Below are positions 1-9,974 of a stretch of 64,000 bases of DNA, piece after piece; position 1 is the first letter of the stretch; each line of letters begins with the position of its first letter. Position numbers and translations under genes: made by a program. The stretch is taken from positions 128,001 to 192,000 of the forward strand of contig OY970393.1 in the NCBI GenBank assembly GCA_963720465.1, given 5' to 3'. The stretch is from Methanobacteriota archaeon. Lineage in GTDB: Archaea > Halobacteriota > Bog-38 > Methanoflorentales > Methanoflorentaceae. The notes under the pieces are model-generated. The model was given only the letters and a program-made list of their open reading frames with translations. It was not told the origin of the DNA and ran no database searches.

Positions 1-1
1 G

Positions 2-349
2 GGATGCACGGTCAAGCTCGAAAATCTCACGCAAAATACAACTTCGCAGACTGGCACTGCGTCACTTAACGTGCCGGTATATCCTAATGCGAACAGAACG
101 TCGTATTCAAATATCCGATTTGTCGGGCAAGTGATAAGCTACCAGACGAATGACACCCCCAAACAGGTTTTAGAGTTCTATAAGTCTCAAATGGAAGAAC
201 GAGGTTACAACATCAGCAGAAACTTCACAAGCGCCAACGAAACTGCAGGTTTGATCATATTCGCTAAGGGACAAGACACTGTGTGGGTGACAGTCGGGGA
301 GAATAACGGCAAAACGATTATCGCTCTGCGGACTTCATTTCAGGCTTAG
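2..349 (+). CDS. Hypothetical secreted or lipoprotein, 5'-truncated by the window edge
   Basis: The frame of the 71..349 ORF is open back to base 2 (GCTVKLENLTQNTTSQT...). It has a GC lipobox-like end, a Thr-rich linker and a VLEFYKSQMEERGY motif. Confidence 0.6.
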   Translation, partial: GCTVKLENLTQNTTSQTGTASLNVPVYPNANRTSYSNIRFVGQVISYQTNDTPKQVLEFYKSQMEERGYNISRNFTSANETAGLIIFAKGQDTVWVTVGENNGKTIIALRTSFQA

Positions 350-489
350 GATCCAAAATAATCTGCGCAGGCATTAGCCTATCCGGCTTGATTTTGTCTT
401 GGGTTCCTTTGGTTTTTCTCTCACAGCAGCGAAACAAGGAGCGACGTTGACGTTGTGGAGCGGAGCGCTATTGAAAAGCCCGGAATCGC

Positions 490-1362
490 ATGAGTCCTAC
501 AGATAAAAACCGTACCAGATTGAACGAACCACAGCCCCTAGTCAATGAACCAGCGCTGACCGTCGGTAACACGCTCGTGTTGGCTGATCTGCATATCGGA
601 ATTGAACACGAACTTGCGTTAAGCGGCATAAATATTCCGTCGCAGATAGACCGACGAATTGACCGAGCCCTCCGATATTTGGCTACCGCCAAATCTCAAC
701 GCGTCGTACTCTTGGGAGACGTAAAGCATACAATCTCTAAAACCTCAGCACTTGAACGTCACGATATCCCCCGTTTTTTACGATCGTTAGCCGAATGCGT
801 GCCGGTCGACATTCTTCCGGGAAATCACGACGCTGGCATCGAATATTGGCTCCCCCGCGACTCCCTCTTCCGAATTAAAATCCATCCATCAAAGGGCTGT
901 AGTATCGACGGCGCGGGGCTCGTGCACGGGCACACGTGGCCTTCGACCGACCTGCTGCATTGCGACTACGTGATCATGGGGCATAACCATCCGATCGTGC
1001 GCATGGCTGATCCGCTCGGCCATATTAGTTCGAAGCCAGTTTGGATCCGGACCCGCTTTGTTGAGAGCGTATTTCGAGAACGGTATCCACAAATCGACGG
1101 CTATGCTAATCCACGCGTCATAATTATGCCGGCCTTTAACGAGTTGGTTGGCGGAATCGCATTCAACGAAGCCTCTTACGAAACGCTGCTAGGGCCGCTT
1201 TTCTCAAATCGAGCTATCGCGCTTGAAAAAGCACAGGCGTACCTCTTGGATGGCACATACCTGGGAACCGTTGAGCAACTGAGGCGCATTGCGCCAAGCC
1301 ACAGAAAGTTACGAAAGACCACGTCATCCCGAAAGAAGAACGAACACCGAGCTCGTGACTAA
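490..1362 (+). CDS. Calcineurin-like metallophosphoesterase (COG1407/ICC-like)
   Basis: Motifs ADLHIG, LLGDVKH, PGNHD, HGH, MGHNHP and IIMPAFN. Confidence 0.9.
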   Translation: MSPTDKNRTRLNEPQPLVNEPALTVGNTLVLADLHIGIEHELALSGINIPSQIDRRIDRALRYLATAKSQRVVLLGDVKHTISKTSALERHDIPRFLRSLAECVPVDILPGNHDAGIEYWLPRDSLFRIKIHPSKGCSIDGAGLVHGHTWPSTDLLHCDYVIMGHNHPIVRMADPLGHISSKPVWIRTRFVESVFRERYPQIDGYANPRVIIMPAFNELVGGIAFNEASYETLLGPLFSNRAIALEKAQAYLLDGTYLGTVEQLRRIAPSHRKLRKTTSSRKKNEHRARD

Positions 1363-1540
1363 CTAAAGCAAGCAACTTGGCGCTGCCCTTCTGGATCGCC
1401 CGACCTGTTATTCAGGATTCCGGCTACAGCTCTTTGCGCGCAGTGTGAGCCCATTCTATCATTTTTTTGCAATAGCTGCTGCTCTACAACTCGCAAACTG
1501 TAAGTAGCTTAACGTCAACTACGACGCTACAGGCAGCGCA

Positions 1541-2455
1541 ATGGCAGTGGAATGGTTCTATTTTGCATTGTTGTCGTCATTATTGATTTCTGGCGTAAAC
1601 ATCACTGATAAGATCCTAATTTCAGACTACCGAATCCCGCCGCTCGTGTATGTATTAGTAATTAGCGCCACCAGCCTTATGCCGCTGGTCATTCTTCCCT
1701 TCGTCACACTCACTGCGCTGCCGCTCGGTGTACTCATATTCACTATTGTCGTCGGTTTCATTCGCATCTACTACACGTTGCCTTATTTCAAAGCACTCTC
1801 AGTGGAAGAGGTGTCGAGGGTCATACCTCTTCTTCAGCTCACGCCTGTATTTGTGTTGGTCCTCTCCAGCCTCTTGCTTCGCGAAACGCTCAAACCGGAA
1901 GAGTACGTTGCCTTCGGGCTCTTGGTTCTTGGAGGCACACTTTTCGCCATTCGACTTGGCAAAGGAATTCGTATCTCCCTTGCTTTTTATCTTATGCTCC
2001 TCTCGTCCTTCTTATTGGCCGTCTACAGCGTCGCTTTAAAGTATTTGTTCTCGACCCAGGACTTTTACACTATATTCATCTGGGTGCAAATCGCCGGGTT
2101 CATAGCTTTTTTTCAGTTGCTTTCATTCAGGCCTTTGCGGGGATCTCTTGTCACGACTTACAAAGCTACGAGCAAGAAAATTGGAGTTATTCTCGTTGTC
2201 GAGCAGGCAGTGGCATACATTTCGGTTTTTGCGTACAGCTACGCGATAGCGCACGGGCCAATAACGCTCGTAAGCTCTGTTGGTGCGACACAGCCTCTCT
2301 TCGTGTTAGTTTTCGCGACATTATTGTCCTATCGCTTTCCGAGCGTACTGAGAGAAGAGCTCACGAGGATGGATCTCGCTCTCAAGGGGCTCGGACTTGT
2401 TGCTATCCTTTCAGGAACCTATTTGATCCAGGTCTTGGGGGCATCTGTGATCTAG
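1541..2455 (+). CDS. EamA/DMT family transporter
   Basis: About 10 hydrophobic helices and two EamA-like repeats (ALSVEEVSRVIPL...LLLRE). Confidence 0.9.
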   Translation: MAVEWFYFALLSSLLISGVNITDKILISDYRIPPLVYVLVISATSLMPLVILPFVTLTALPLGVLIFTIVVGFIRIYYTLPYFKALSVEEVSRVIPLLQLTPVFVLVLSSLLLRETLKPEEYVAFGLLVLGGTLFAIRLGKGIRISLAFYLMLLSSFLLAVYSVALKYLFSTQDFYTIFIWVQIAGFIAFFQLLSFRPLRGSLVTTYKATSKKIGVILVVEQAVAYISVFAYSYAIAHGPITLVSSVGATQPLFVLVFATLLSYRFPSVLREELTRMDLALKGLGLVAILSGTYLIQVLGASVI

Positions 2456-2909
2456 TGACTCTAGGTTTAGCAGAACGCGGCTTCAGTTTGCGCAGGCTCT
2501 CTGCGGCATCTTTAAAGTTAACGTAATTCTAAAAAGTTATCAGGTGTGTTCTGAGATCTTTCGCCCAGCGTACTCGGCCATCTTTCCGGAGGCAAGCAAA
2601 ATCACGTTGTAGCCCGGCGCCGCGTATTATGTGGACTTGCTCTACCATTGCCTCCGAAATCAAACTTAATGGACTAAGTCGTGTGCGGCGCACGTCGTCA
2701 CTGAATTCGCGATCCCCCTCAAAAAAACGCGTTGGCTCTTAGTCGTGCGAACGTAGCACACAAGTTTTTTTTGCAAAAAAAGCTGTTTTTTGAACACCGA
2801 TACATTAATATTCAGGAAAAAAGAATTATTCGCCGATAACTCCTCATAGGTTTTTCATTGTGTCTGAGGGGTTATACATAAACCTACTGAGTTTATGGTT
2901 GGTGAAAAA

Positions 2910-3962
2910 ATGGCTAGGGAAATAAATTTTGGTATAGAGTTTGTGCCGAATATGCCGCCGAATCAGTGCGCAGACAGGGTGAAGTTGGCAGAAGACAACG
3001 GCTTTAAGTACGCTTGGATTACTGACCACTTTAACAACAGGAACGTCTATCCGATGCTGACGCTCATATCACTGAAGACGTCGACTATACGGCCCGGCAC
3101 CGGTATCACAAATCCCTTCACGAGAAACCCATTGTTAACGGCTAATGCGATAGCGACGATTGACGAAGTATCAGGCGGGCGCGTTAACTTGGGCATGGGT
3201 CCCGGTGACAAAGCGACATTTGACAAAATGGGATTCGGGTTCCCAGCGCCCGCAATCTGGAGTGGCAACTGGGATATCAAGAAGCCCCTGAGTGCAATTA
3301 AGGAGGCCAAAGAAGTCGTCTACAAGCTGTTGGCCGGTAATAGCGTTGATATTGCTGGTGAGACGATAAAAGTGACCGGCGCAAAGCTTGACTTTACCGG
3401 ACCGCAGAAGGACAAGGTGCCTTTTTACATGGGCGCGCAAGGTCCTGGCATGCTTAAAACTGCTGGCGAAATTGCTGACGGAGTGCTTATCAACGCTTCC
3501 AACGAGAAAGACTACGTCGCGGCGATGCCAAACATCGAAGAGGGAGTTGGAAAGGGTGGAAAGTCGATGAGCGACTTCGACGTGGGCGCATACACGGCGT
3601 TTTCTGTCGGGCCTGATTTGGCGAAGGCACGCAAATCAGCCAAGATGGTTGCTGCGTTTATTACGATGGGCTCTCCGCCGCCTGTGCTTGAGCGACACGG
3701 TATTCCACTCGGTACGGCTAAAGCCATCGGTGCAGCTATCGGAGCAGGTAAATGGGGTGAAGTCGGGCCGTTAGTAGACGATAACATGATCGACGCCTTC
3801 GTCATAGCGGGCGACGCAGATTCCTGCAACAAGAAGATCGACGGGTTGCTCGACACCGGAGTGACGCAGGTTATAATTGGCAGCCCAACAGGTCCGGACG
3901 TTGAAGAAGCCATAAAGATTTGCGGAACGGACATTATCCCGTCGTTCGCGGGACGCTGCTAA
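2910..3962 (+). CDS. mer: F420-dependent methylene-H4MPT reductase
   Basis: Motifs FGIEFVP, WITDHFNNRNVY, GMGPGDKATF, YMGAQGP, ADGVLINAS and GVTQVIIGSP. ATG 2910 follows a GGTGA ribosome-binding site. Confidence 0.95.
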   Translation: MAREINFGIEFVPNMPPNQCADRVKLAEDNGFKYAWITDHFNNRNVYPMLTLISLKTSTIRPGTGITNPFTRNPLLTANAIATIDEVSGGRVNLGMGPGDKATFDKMGFGFPAPAIWSGNWDIKKPLSAIKEAKEVVYKLLAGNSVDIAGETIKVTGAKLDFTGPQKDKVPFYMGAQGPGMLKTAGEIADGVLINASNEKDYVAAMPNIEEGVGKGGKSMSDFDVGAYTAFSVGPDLAKARKSAKMVAAFITMGSPPPVLERHGIPLGTAKAIGAAIGAGKWGEVGPLVDDNMIDAFVIAGDADSCNKKIDGLLDTGVTQVIIGSPTGPDVEEAIKICGTDIIPSFAGRC

Positions 3963-3990
3963 CGACTGGAAAGGTTTATCCGCCGGCCAA

Positions 3991-4028
3991 CCCCAACGGC
4001 TACCCGGCAGTTGGGGCGTTCCTTTTTT
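3991..4028 (+). terminator. Hairpin plus T-tract after mer, at the convergent junction with cbiE
   Basis: CCCCAAC (3991-3997) pairs with GTTGGGG (4010-4016) and is followed by TTTTTT. Confidence 0.55.
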
Positions 4029-4665
4029 ACTTCTTTTGCGCGAGATTCCGAACGACGGCACAAGAAAGCGACGATCCCGACTTTGGCGGGCTTGTGATTC
4101 GTCCGTGAGACACTTTTTCAGTTTCGTACCCCAGATCTTCGAGCACAACGACCTCGCCGTCATATCCAAGGCTGCTCCAATATGCGCAAATATCGACCAA
4201 GTCGAAATTCGGGTCGGCAAGCACGAAGAGATCTCTATTAAGAAGTGCAGCTTCTTGAAGCATTTTCTTCGCTTTGGTCGATTCTTTCCCGTGAGTTGTG
4301 ATGGCAACAATGTCTGTTGCATCGACTTTTAGCCGTGCACAGGCCAACTGCGACGACGATATTCCTGGGATAATCTCGGCATCTTGCGGAGCTTTCCTGC
4401 CCAGCCCGGAAAGCATAGGATCTCCGGTAGAAAGAATACAAGCATCGTCTTCTACTCGCAAGTCGTAGCTTTCTAAGACGATCGAGTCTCCCCGAATGTG
4501 CTCTTTTGCCAATGCCAGTGCTCTAGTTGAACCGTAAACGTGCTTTGCGTTTTTGATAGCATCAATCGCCTTCTGGGTCAGCATCCCGGGTCCTGCACCA
4601 ACGCCTACAATTTTCACGCTCGCCTTCTTGCCGGTTGTTGCGCAGCAGCGTTTCTTCTCATTCAA
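4027..4665 (-). CDS. cbiE: Cobalt-precorrin-7 C5-methyltransferase
   Basis: Motifs IVGVGAGPGMLT, LSTGDPMLSGLG, IPGISSSQLACARL and EDLGYETE; last gene of the cbi operon. Confidence 0.9.
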   Translation of the reverse strand: MNEKKRCCATTGKKASVKIVGVGAGPGMLTQKAIDAIKNAKHVYGSTRALALAKEHIRGDSIVLESYDLRVEDDACILSTGDPMLSGLGRKAPQDAEIIPGISSSQLACARLKVDATDIVAITTHGKESTKAKKMLQEAALLNRDLFVLADPNFDLVDICAYWSSLGYDGEVVVLEDLGYETEKVSHGRITSPPKSGSSLSCAVVRNLAQKK

Positions 4666-5674
4666 CGTCTCTGATTATCTTTCCAGCCCTATTTATGATC
4701 ACGATTCGTGCTTGTGTACGCGTCTTCAGAGCCGTCAATGCGGCTGTGATCTCTTCCGCGTAGGGGTCCCTATCAAACAGTTCTTGAACGGTGTCGGCCT
4801 TCATTTCGCTCAATATGTCGGGCTTAGCCCATTTGAGAATCAGCGCCGGCAGGCCTATTATGATCATTTCTTTGCCTTCAGCTTTTTGAAAAACTCTTTC
4901 GAGATTGCTTCCCGCAACGATCGTGCTGTGATCTGGAAAGTACATTTTTGCGTATTTGAATCCCGTTCGGCCCGTTGTCAAAGCGACTCTAGTGGCAGTT
5001 TCTGCGAGGTTCTCAGCTGAGCCGATTAGGCATTCGTTCCAAGGTTCGACGAATCCGGTTGTACCAAGGACTGATACTCCGCCGAAAACGCCCACTTTTT
5101 GGTTAAGCGTCTTTTTGCTTATCGCAACTCCGTTGATAGCCGATAGCTTTACGAGCGCTCCCTCGAGTCCTATCCTGTGCGTGGCCTCGCCGATCGCGTG
5201 TTCGATCGACCACCGCGCCTCTGGGCTTATGGCTGGAGTGCCGTAGGGCGCTCGCAATCCATGTTTTTTGACGATTCCGATTCCCTCTCCAGCAGATAGT
5301 TGGATTTCGTCTGCCTTGGAAGCTTCAGCTTCAAAAATGAGCCCCTCAGTTACGTCTTTCGAATGATCGCTCGTCGGTTTTTGTGCCCTCGCCCAGCCAT
5401 CGGCAGACGTGGTGTGAACTTTTACTCGAATTCCAATCGGCGTTAAGATGTTGACTTGGGTCGCTGGCTCTGCGATTGACAGCACCGCGGCCTTTGCTGC
5501 GGCTGCAGAAATCGTCCCGGTAGAAAGCCCGCGTTTCAGCAACGTCCCGGAAGCAGTCAGCGTGTATAGTCCACTGTCAATTCGCCGCTTAAGCTCAGGC
5601 AGGGAAAGCCCAGATCGGGCTAGCCATTCTTGCGGAATCGCAAAGCCTGAGACAGGGTCGACCAATCTGCACAT
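4658..5674 (-). CDS. cbiD: Cobalt-precorrin-5B C1-methyltransferase
   Basis: Motifs LKRGLSTGT..AAAAKAA, DHSKDVTEG, AGEGIG and GGVSVLGTTGFVEPW. Confidence 0.95.
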   Translation of the reverse strand: MCRLVDPVSGFAIPQEWLARSGLSLPELKRRIDSGLYTLTASGTLLKRGLSTGTISAAAAKAAVLSIAEPATQVNILTPIGIRVKVHTTSADGWARAQKPTSDHSKDVTEGLIFEAEASKADEIQLSAGEGIGIVKKHGLRAPYGTPAISPEARWSIEHAIGEATHRIGLEGALVKLSAINGVAISKKTLNQKVGVFGGVSVLGTTGFVEPWNECLIGSAENLAETATRVALTTGRTGFKYAKMYFPDHSTIVAGSNLERVFQKAEGKEMIIIGLPALILKWAKPDILSEMKADTVQELFDRDPYAEEITAALTALKTRTQARIVIINRAGKIIRDVE

Positions 5675-5687
5675 TTTTTCAGCCGAT

Positions 5688-6329
5688 TTATCGGAATGAC
5701 ATCGATATCAGCTCATTCACGACCGCCACTGCTACAGGCGTCCCTCCTTGGGTGCCGACGCTCGTTATTGACGGGATTTTGAGTTGCCTGATCTGCTCTT
5801 TTGACTCAGCAGCGTTAACAAAGCCTACGGGCGTCGCAACGAGTAGCGCGGGTTTTACACCCTCGTGCACCATTTTTGCCACTGTAAGTGCTGCTGAAGG
5901 AGCGTTGCCGATCACGACGATCGAGTCTGTTAAGTGTTTTCCGATCTGCGATAGGCCCGCGGAAGCTCGTGTGAGCTCTTCATCTGAAACCTCTTCACTT
6001 TCTGGAAGCGCGCAGATGGCTTTCCCACCAAAACGGGTTATGTCCTTTGTAATGCCAACGCGAACCATGTTGATGTCAGTGTAAAGGTTCGTACCTGCCC
6101 TTATTGCGGCAATCCCTGCTTTGATCGGATTGTGTCGGAACCGAAGTAGTTCAGCGAATTGGGGATTTCCTGTCGCCATTACCACGCGTTGCTTTATCTT
6201 GCCTTCAGGGCTCTCATCCGCAATGATGTCGCTCACTATTTGCTGCGATCGATGCGCTATGCGCAGCGCTTCTGCGGTGGCTGCGCCCATCAGGCTACCG
6301 GTTGAACTTGGATCGTGTTTAGTATTCAT
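5688..6329 (-). CDS. cbiC: Cobalt-precorrin-8 methylmutase
   Basis: Motifs TDINMVRVGI, VIGNAPSAAL, PVGFVNAAESKE and GGTPVAVA. Confidence 0.95.
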   Translation of the reverse strand: MNTKHDPSSTGSLMGAATAEALRIAHRSQQIVSDIIADESPEGKIKQRVVMATGNPQFAELLRFRHNPIKAGIAAIRAGTNLYTDINMVRVGITKDITRFGGKAICALPESEEVSDEELTRASAGLSQIGKHLTDSIVVIGNAPSAALTVAKMVHEGVKPALLVATPVGFVNAAESKEQIRQLKIPSITSVGTQGGTPVAVAVVNELISMSFR

Positions 6330-7074
6330 ACTTTCTTTGGTACCCCCTTGGTGTTATGATCTTGTCCTTCCAGATGAATGATTCACGATTTCCCACTATG
6401 ATAGTTGTGTGCATGTCGATTATCTCTTCGTGTTCCATAAGCGTCTCCAACGTCGCCACGGCTGTCATTTCTCCAGGCCTCGTACCGTTTTGGACGATGC
6501 CTACGGGAACGTGAGGTCGGTGCTTTTTAAGCAGTTCTATGGACCTCGCAAGATTGATCTTGCGTTTTCTGCTCTGCGGGTTGTACAACGCGATGACGAA
6601 CCCGGATTCGGCTGCTGATGTGAGTCGCTTCTCGATGTCTGCCCAGGGTATCAGCAAATCGCTTAGGCTGATGATCGCGTAGTCACTGGAAAGCGGCGCC
6701 CCAAGTATGGCAGCTACGGCATTTACCGCAGTGACGCCTGGCACGATTTCAACATCAATCGTGCTGTCTTGTGCTGCCAGCAGTTCTAAGACGAGACTCC
6801 CCATGCCAAACACGTTGGGATCCCCGCCGCTGACAATCGAGACGCTGTGTCCTGCTGAGGCTAGCTCTATCGCCTTTTTTGCCCGCTGCACTTCTTCTCC
6901 CATAACGCCTTTGATGACCTTCTGATTGTGAAGCAGAGAAGAGATCTGGTCGATGTACGTTGCGACCCCGATAACGTAGTCGGACTGGGCAATCGCGCTA
7001 GTCGCTCGCAAAGTAATGTCTTCAAGTGAGCCAGGGCCGATTCCGACGACCTGAATTCTACCTTGCGATCGCAA
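6319..7074 (-). CDS. cbiH: Cobalt-precorrin-3B C17-methyltransferase
   Basis: Motifs VVGIGPG, SGGDPNVFGM, ISLSDLLIPW, LYNPQS and TPRGY. TTG start at 7074 lies 7 nt after GGAGGT. Confidence 0.93.
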   Translation of the reverse strand: MRSQGRIQVVGIGPGSLEDITLRATSAIAQSDYVIGVATYIDQISSLLHNQKVIKGVMGEEVQRAKKAIELASAGHSVSIVSGGDPNVFGMGSLVLELLAAQDSTIDVEIVPGVTAVNAVAAILGAPLSSDYAIISLSDLLIPWADIEKRLTSAAESGFVIALYNPQSRKRKINLARSIELLKKHRPHVPVGIVQNGTRPGEMTAVATLETLMEHEEIIDMHTTIIVGNRESFIWKDKIITPRGYQRKYEY

Positions 7075-7954
7075 CGGTGACACCTCCATACGCTCGCTTC
7101 GTGACGAGCAGCTCACAAAGGTTTGAAAGCGCGAGCGCGCACGGTTCCGCGACGCCAGAAAGACCAAGCATTTCCGCTCTTGAGCTAGTTTGACCCCTCG
7201 TAGCGTCGATGATCTGTTTTGGCACGAAGGCGATCGGTTTTCCTAACTCGAACGCAGCGTCGCTTATGCCCTGCTCACTCAATTTCAGATATGCGGTCGC
7301 AATAGTGTTTACATCCTCTATCGACGCATTGAGTTCGATAAGACTCGAATGGATTGCTTCGAGCACCATAGATTTGTCAATGCCCTTGCGAGCTCCGACG
7401 CCGACTGTGAGGGCACTAGCATTTTTTCTCGAGAGCACGGCCACGTCGTCATCGACGATCACGATCTGCGGCCCGGTCAAGTGCGCAATTTTGACCGGTT
7501 TCATAAGGAACGTCGTGTTGATTGCTTTTGTGCTGGCGCGATTAACGATTGTGCGATTCAAGTGAGCTGCGATAGCTTCTACGCTTGGAACGTCATTTGC
7601 TTCCGTCGCGGTAGAAATGACAGCGAGTCTTACGACGTCTTTTTTGTGGAGCTCGCGCGCGATTTGGTTGGCCCCTCGATGACCGCCAACTATAGGAATA
7701 GCGTAGTTTAATCGATCATCCACGGCTATTACGGCCGGATCAGCCCATTTTCCTTTCAAAAGTGGAGCAATTTCTCTAACGACAATGCCGGTCGCCATTA
7801 TAGCGATCACCGCTGTGTGGGAGGAGAAAGCTTCTTTGAACGCATTTTTTTGATAGGTGACAATCTGTCCTCCAATTGCCGATTGAATGCGCTGCGCGCT
7901 TGCTAAGTTTCGTTGAAAACAGATGATAGTGATACTTAGGTCTTCGGCGAGTAT
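7058..7954 (-). CDS. cbiG: Cobalt-precorrin-5A hydrolase; start uncertain (proposed ATA at 7954, ORF-track GTG at 7810)
   Basis: Motifs MATGIVVR, DPAVIAVD, GGHRGAN, GVGARKG and GVAEPCAL. The frame is open upstream with CbiG-like N-terminal sequence. Confidence 0.88.
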   Translation of the reverse strand: MLAEDLSITIICFQRNLASAQRIQSAIGGQIVTYQKNAFKEAFSSHTAVIAIMATGIVVREIAPLLKGKWADPAVIAVDDRLNYAIPIVGGHRGANQIARELHKKDVVRLAVISTATEANDVPSVEAIAAHLNRTIVNRASTKAINTTFLMKPVKIAHLTGPQIVIVDDDVAVLSRKNASALTVGVGARKGIDKSMVLEAIHSSLIELNASIEDVNTIATAYLKLSEQGISDAAFELGKPIAFVPKQIIDATRGQTSSRAEMLGLSGVAEPCALALSNLCELLVTKRAYGGVTVAIAR

Positions 7955-8637
7955 AGGTACGACCTCCTTTCGCCCTCGAGGCTGAGCTCATCGCCAATCA
8001 AGATGATGGCCGACTTCGTAATTCCGGCTTCGCGTGTCTTCGTGGCAATGTCTGAAACTGTACCGGTAATTATGACCTGATCGTCCCACGACGCGTGATA
8101 CACCACGCTCGTTGGAGTCTCTGGCGCGTATCGCACGCGCTGCATAATCGTATCAATCTTGTCGACGCCCAGAAGGATTGCCATTGTTGGCTTCAGATTC
8201 GACAGCTCGACCAGTTGATCCTCTTCGAGGGTCTTGCCGGATGGCCGGGTGATAACGAGAGTCTCACTTGTAAGCTGCTGGCCCAATGCAGCTGCGGAGG
8301 CAAATACCGATGAAACCCCAGGAACTATCTCATAGTCAATATCATACGGCCGCAGCGCCAGAATCTGTTCTCGCACCGCACTATAAATCGTAGGGTCCCC
8401 GCTGTGGAGTCTCACAACGCGAAGGCCTTGTTTCGACGCGTCAACGATCAAGCGCGTCGTTTGCTCGAGCGTCATTCCAAAACTGTCGACTTTTTTTCCT
8501 TTGGCGTTCGATAGAACTTTAGGATTTACCAAAGACCCAGCATAAACAATCAAATCCGCGTCTTCGATCAGCTCCTTGCCCCTCAACGTTATCAGTTTTG
8601 GATCTCCCGGCCCTGCTCCAACGAAATAGACTTTCAT
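7936..8637 (-). CDS. cbiF: Cobalt-precorrin-4 C11-methyltransferase
   Basis: Motifs VYFVGAGPGDPKLIT, YAGSLVN, RLHSGDPTIYSA, VVYHASW and SYLY. Confidence 0.95.
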   Translation of the reverse strand: MKVYFVGAGPGDPKLITLRGKELIEDADLIVYAGSLVNPKVLSNAKGKKVDSFGMTLEQTTRLIVDASKQGLRVVRLHSGDPTIYSAVREQILALRPYDIDYEIVPGVSSVFASAAALGQQLTSETLVITRPSGKTLEEDQLVELSNLKPTMAILLGVDKIDTIMQRVRYAPETPTSVVYHASWDDQVIITGTVSDIATKTREAGITKSAIILIGDELSLEGERRSYLYSPKT

Positions 8638-9239
8638 GGTCGTTTGCCGTACATTATGCTAAAATATTCGCCCTTTAAAGGAAAGTCCTTTTTGTAGACC
8701 CGTTCGCGTTCGGTAAATCCGTTCTCAAGCAAAGTGAGATCAAAAAAGCCCCTCTTTTGCAGCGACGCGGCTATCTCATGAGGTTTCGTCGCTTTTAGAA
8801 CAAGAGTCGATTGCACGGCTGATCCATCCGACACGACAAAAGATCCCTCTATCGACTCGTCAAACCGAGAGAACGAAGCGGTAATTGAACTGACGCCAGG
8901 CACGGTTTCGACGTCGATGTGCGGCATGCGCCTTCTTAGCATTTTAGATACGTGCGAAAACGTGCTGAAAACGTTTGGGTCTCCTACCACTCCAAAAGCG
9001 GTCAGTCCCGTAACTGCATAGGCGGCGATTGCCTCTACGTTGTCATGCCACGCAGCTTCAAGTTCAGCTTCATCATAGGTCATCGGAAAATGAAGGATTT
9101 CCGGATCGGCGTACGGTTTGGCGAGTTTATAAGAGATACGCCCCGGAACAAACACTTTGATCGCTGAAGTTAGCACGTTCACTGCCTTTAGAGTCAGCAA
9201 TTGTGGATCTCCAGGTCCAAGCCCTACCCCAATTAGCAC
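8634..9239 (-). CDS. cbiL: Cobalt-factor II C20-methyltransferase
   Basis: Motifs GVGLGPGDPQLLTLKA, FPMT, GDPNVFSTF and YFSIM. Confidence 0.92.
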   Translation of the reverse strand: MLIGVGLGPGDPQLLTLKAVNVLTSAIKVFVPGRISYKLAKPYADPEILHFPMTYDEAELEAAWHDNVEAIAAYAVTGLTAFGVVGDPNVFSTFSHVSKMLRRRMPHIDVETVPGVSSITASFSRFDESIEGSFVVSDGSAVQSTLVLKATKPHEIAASLQKRGFFDLTLLENGFTERERVYKKDFPLKGEYFSIMYGKRP

Positions 9240-9754
9240 GAGCCCACCACCATAAAGACTGGATTATAGGGGGTGAATGCGGTAAGGTTTTCAAGTTCGT
9301 GGCCCTTAGCGATGTTGACGAGCAGCGCTTCCTTGAATACCCCGATCTCTTTCATGTACCCAATTGCGTTGGCAGTGACTTCAAGTCTCGCAGCATTGAG
9401 AACAAAGCGCCTACAGTGTGGCACGAGGAAGTCGATTGTCCGTCTAAAGTTCTTAGTTCCGCCAATGAATGCTTTGTCAATCGCATTTTCGTAGGCTTCC
9501 AGGACGTCAGGAGCCTCGCCCTGGAGGAGGGTAACGAGCGCCGAGACCCCTGCTTCGCTGAAGTTTTGTTTAGCCGTTTCAATAGACTTAAGTCTCTGAT
9601 CCACGGCGATGATCTTGTTAGTGTTTTTCGAGGCTGCGATCGACACACTGCCCGTTCCGCAGCCAATATCGGCAAATGTTTCGCCACAGCTTATCTGAAG
9701 CTTCTCTAATGCTATCGCGATGATCTCTGCTTTAGTCGGGCCGCCGCTCACCAT
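9233..9754 (-). CDS. cbiT: Cobalt-precorrin-6B C15-methyltransferase (decarboxylating)
   Basis: Motifs GGPTKAEI, DIGCGTGSVS, AFIGG and NPVF; first gene of the cbiTLFGHCDE operon. Confidence 0.92.
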   Translation of the reverse strand: MVSGGPTKAEIIAIALEKLQISCGETFADIGCGTGSVSIAASKNTNKIIAVDQRLKSIETAKQNFSEAGVSALVTLLQGEAPDVLEAYENAIDKAFIGGTKNFRRTIDFLVPHCRRFVLNAARLEVTANAIGYMKEIGVFKEALLVNIAKGHELENLTAFTPYNPVFMVVGSC

Positions 9755-9974
9755 TTTTCAGGGCTCCTTTCGCCGCCATTGTCTATCTCCCTACACTCGC
9801 ATAAATACGTTGAGGACGCTGCTAACGCGTAGCCACCTCCTAATCGGAATTGCTTGCGCAAATATCTTTAAGTCCGTTCAAGACAATTATTAAACAAGGA
9901 AGAAGCGATTTTTTCATCGTCTGTTTTTGTGACGGGTTATTTTAAGCCGGATCCGCATCATTAACCTTGTCCTT

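Noticed and set aside
2540-2670. Minus-strand fragment MVEQVHIIRGA/GYNVILLASG resembling a glutamate 5-kinase N-terminus
   Set aside because: Very short, needs a frameshift and could be chance.
2764-2783. Palindrome TTTTTTTGCAAAAAAA upstream of mer
   Set aside because: Low-complexity A/T runs; it could be an operator, but there is no second copy in a comparable promoter to support that.
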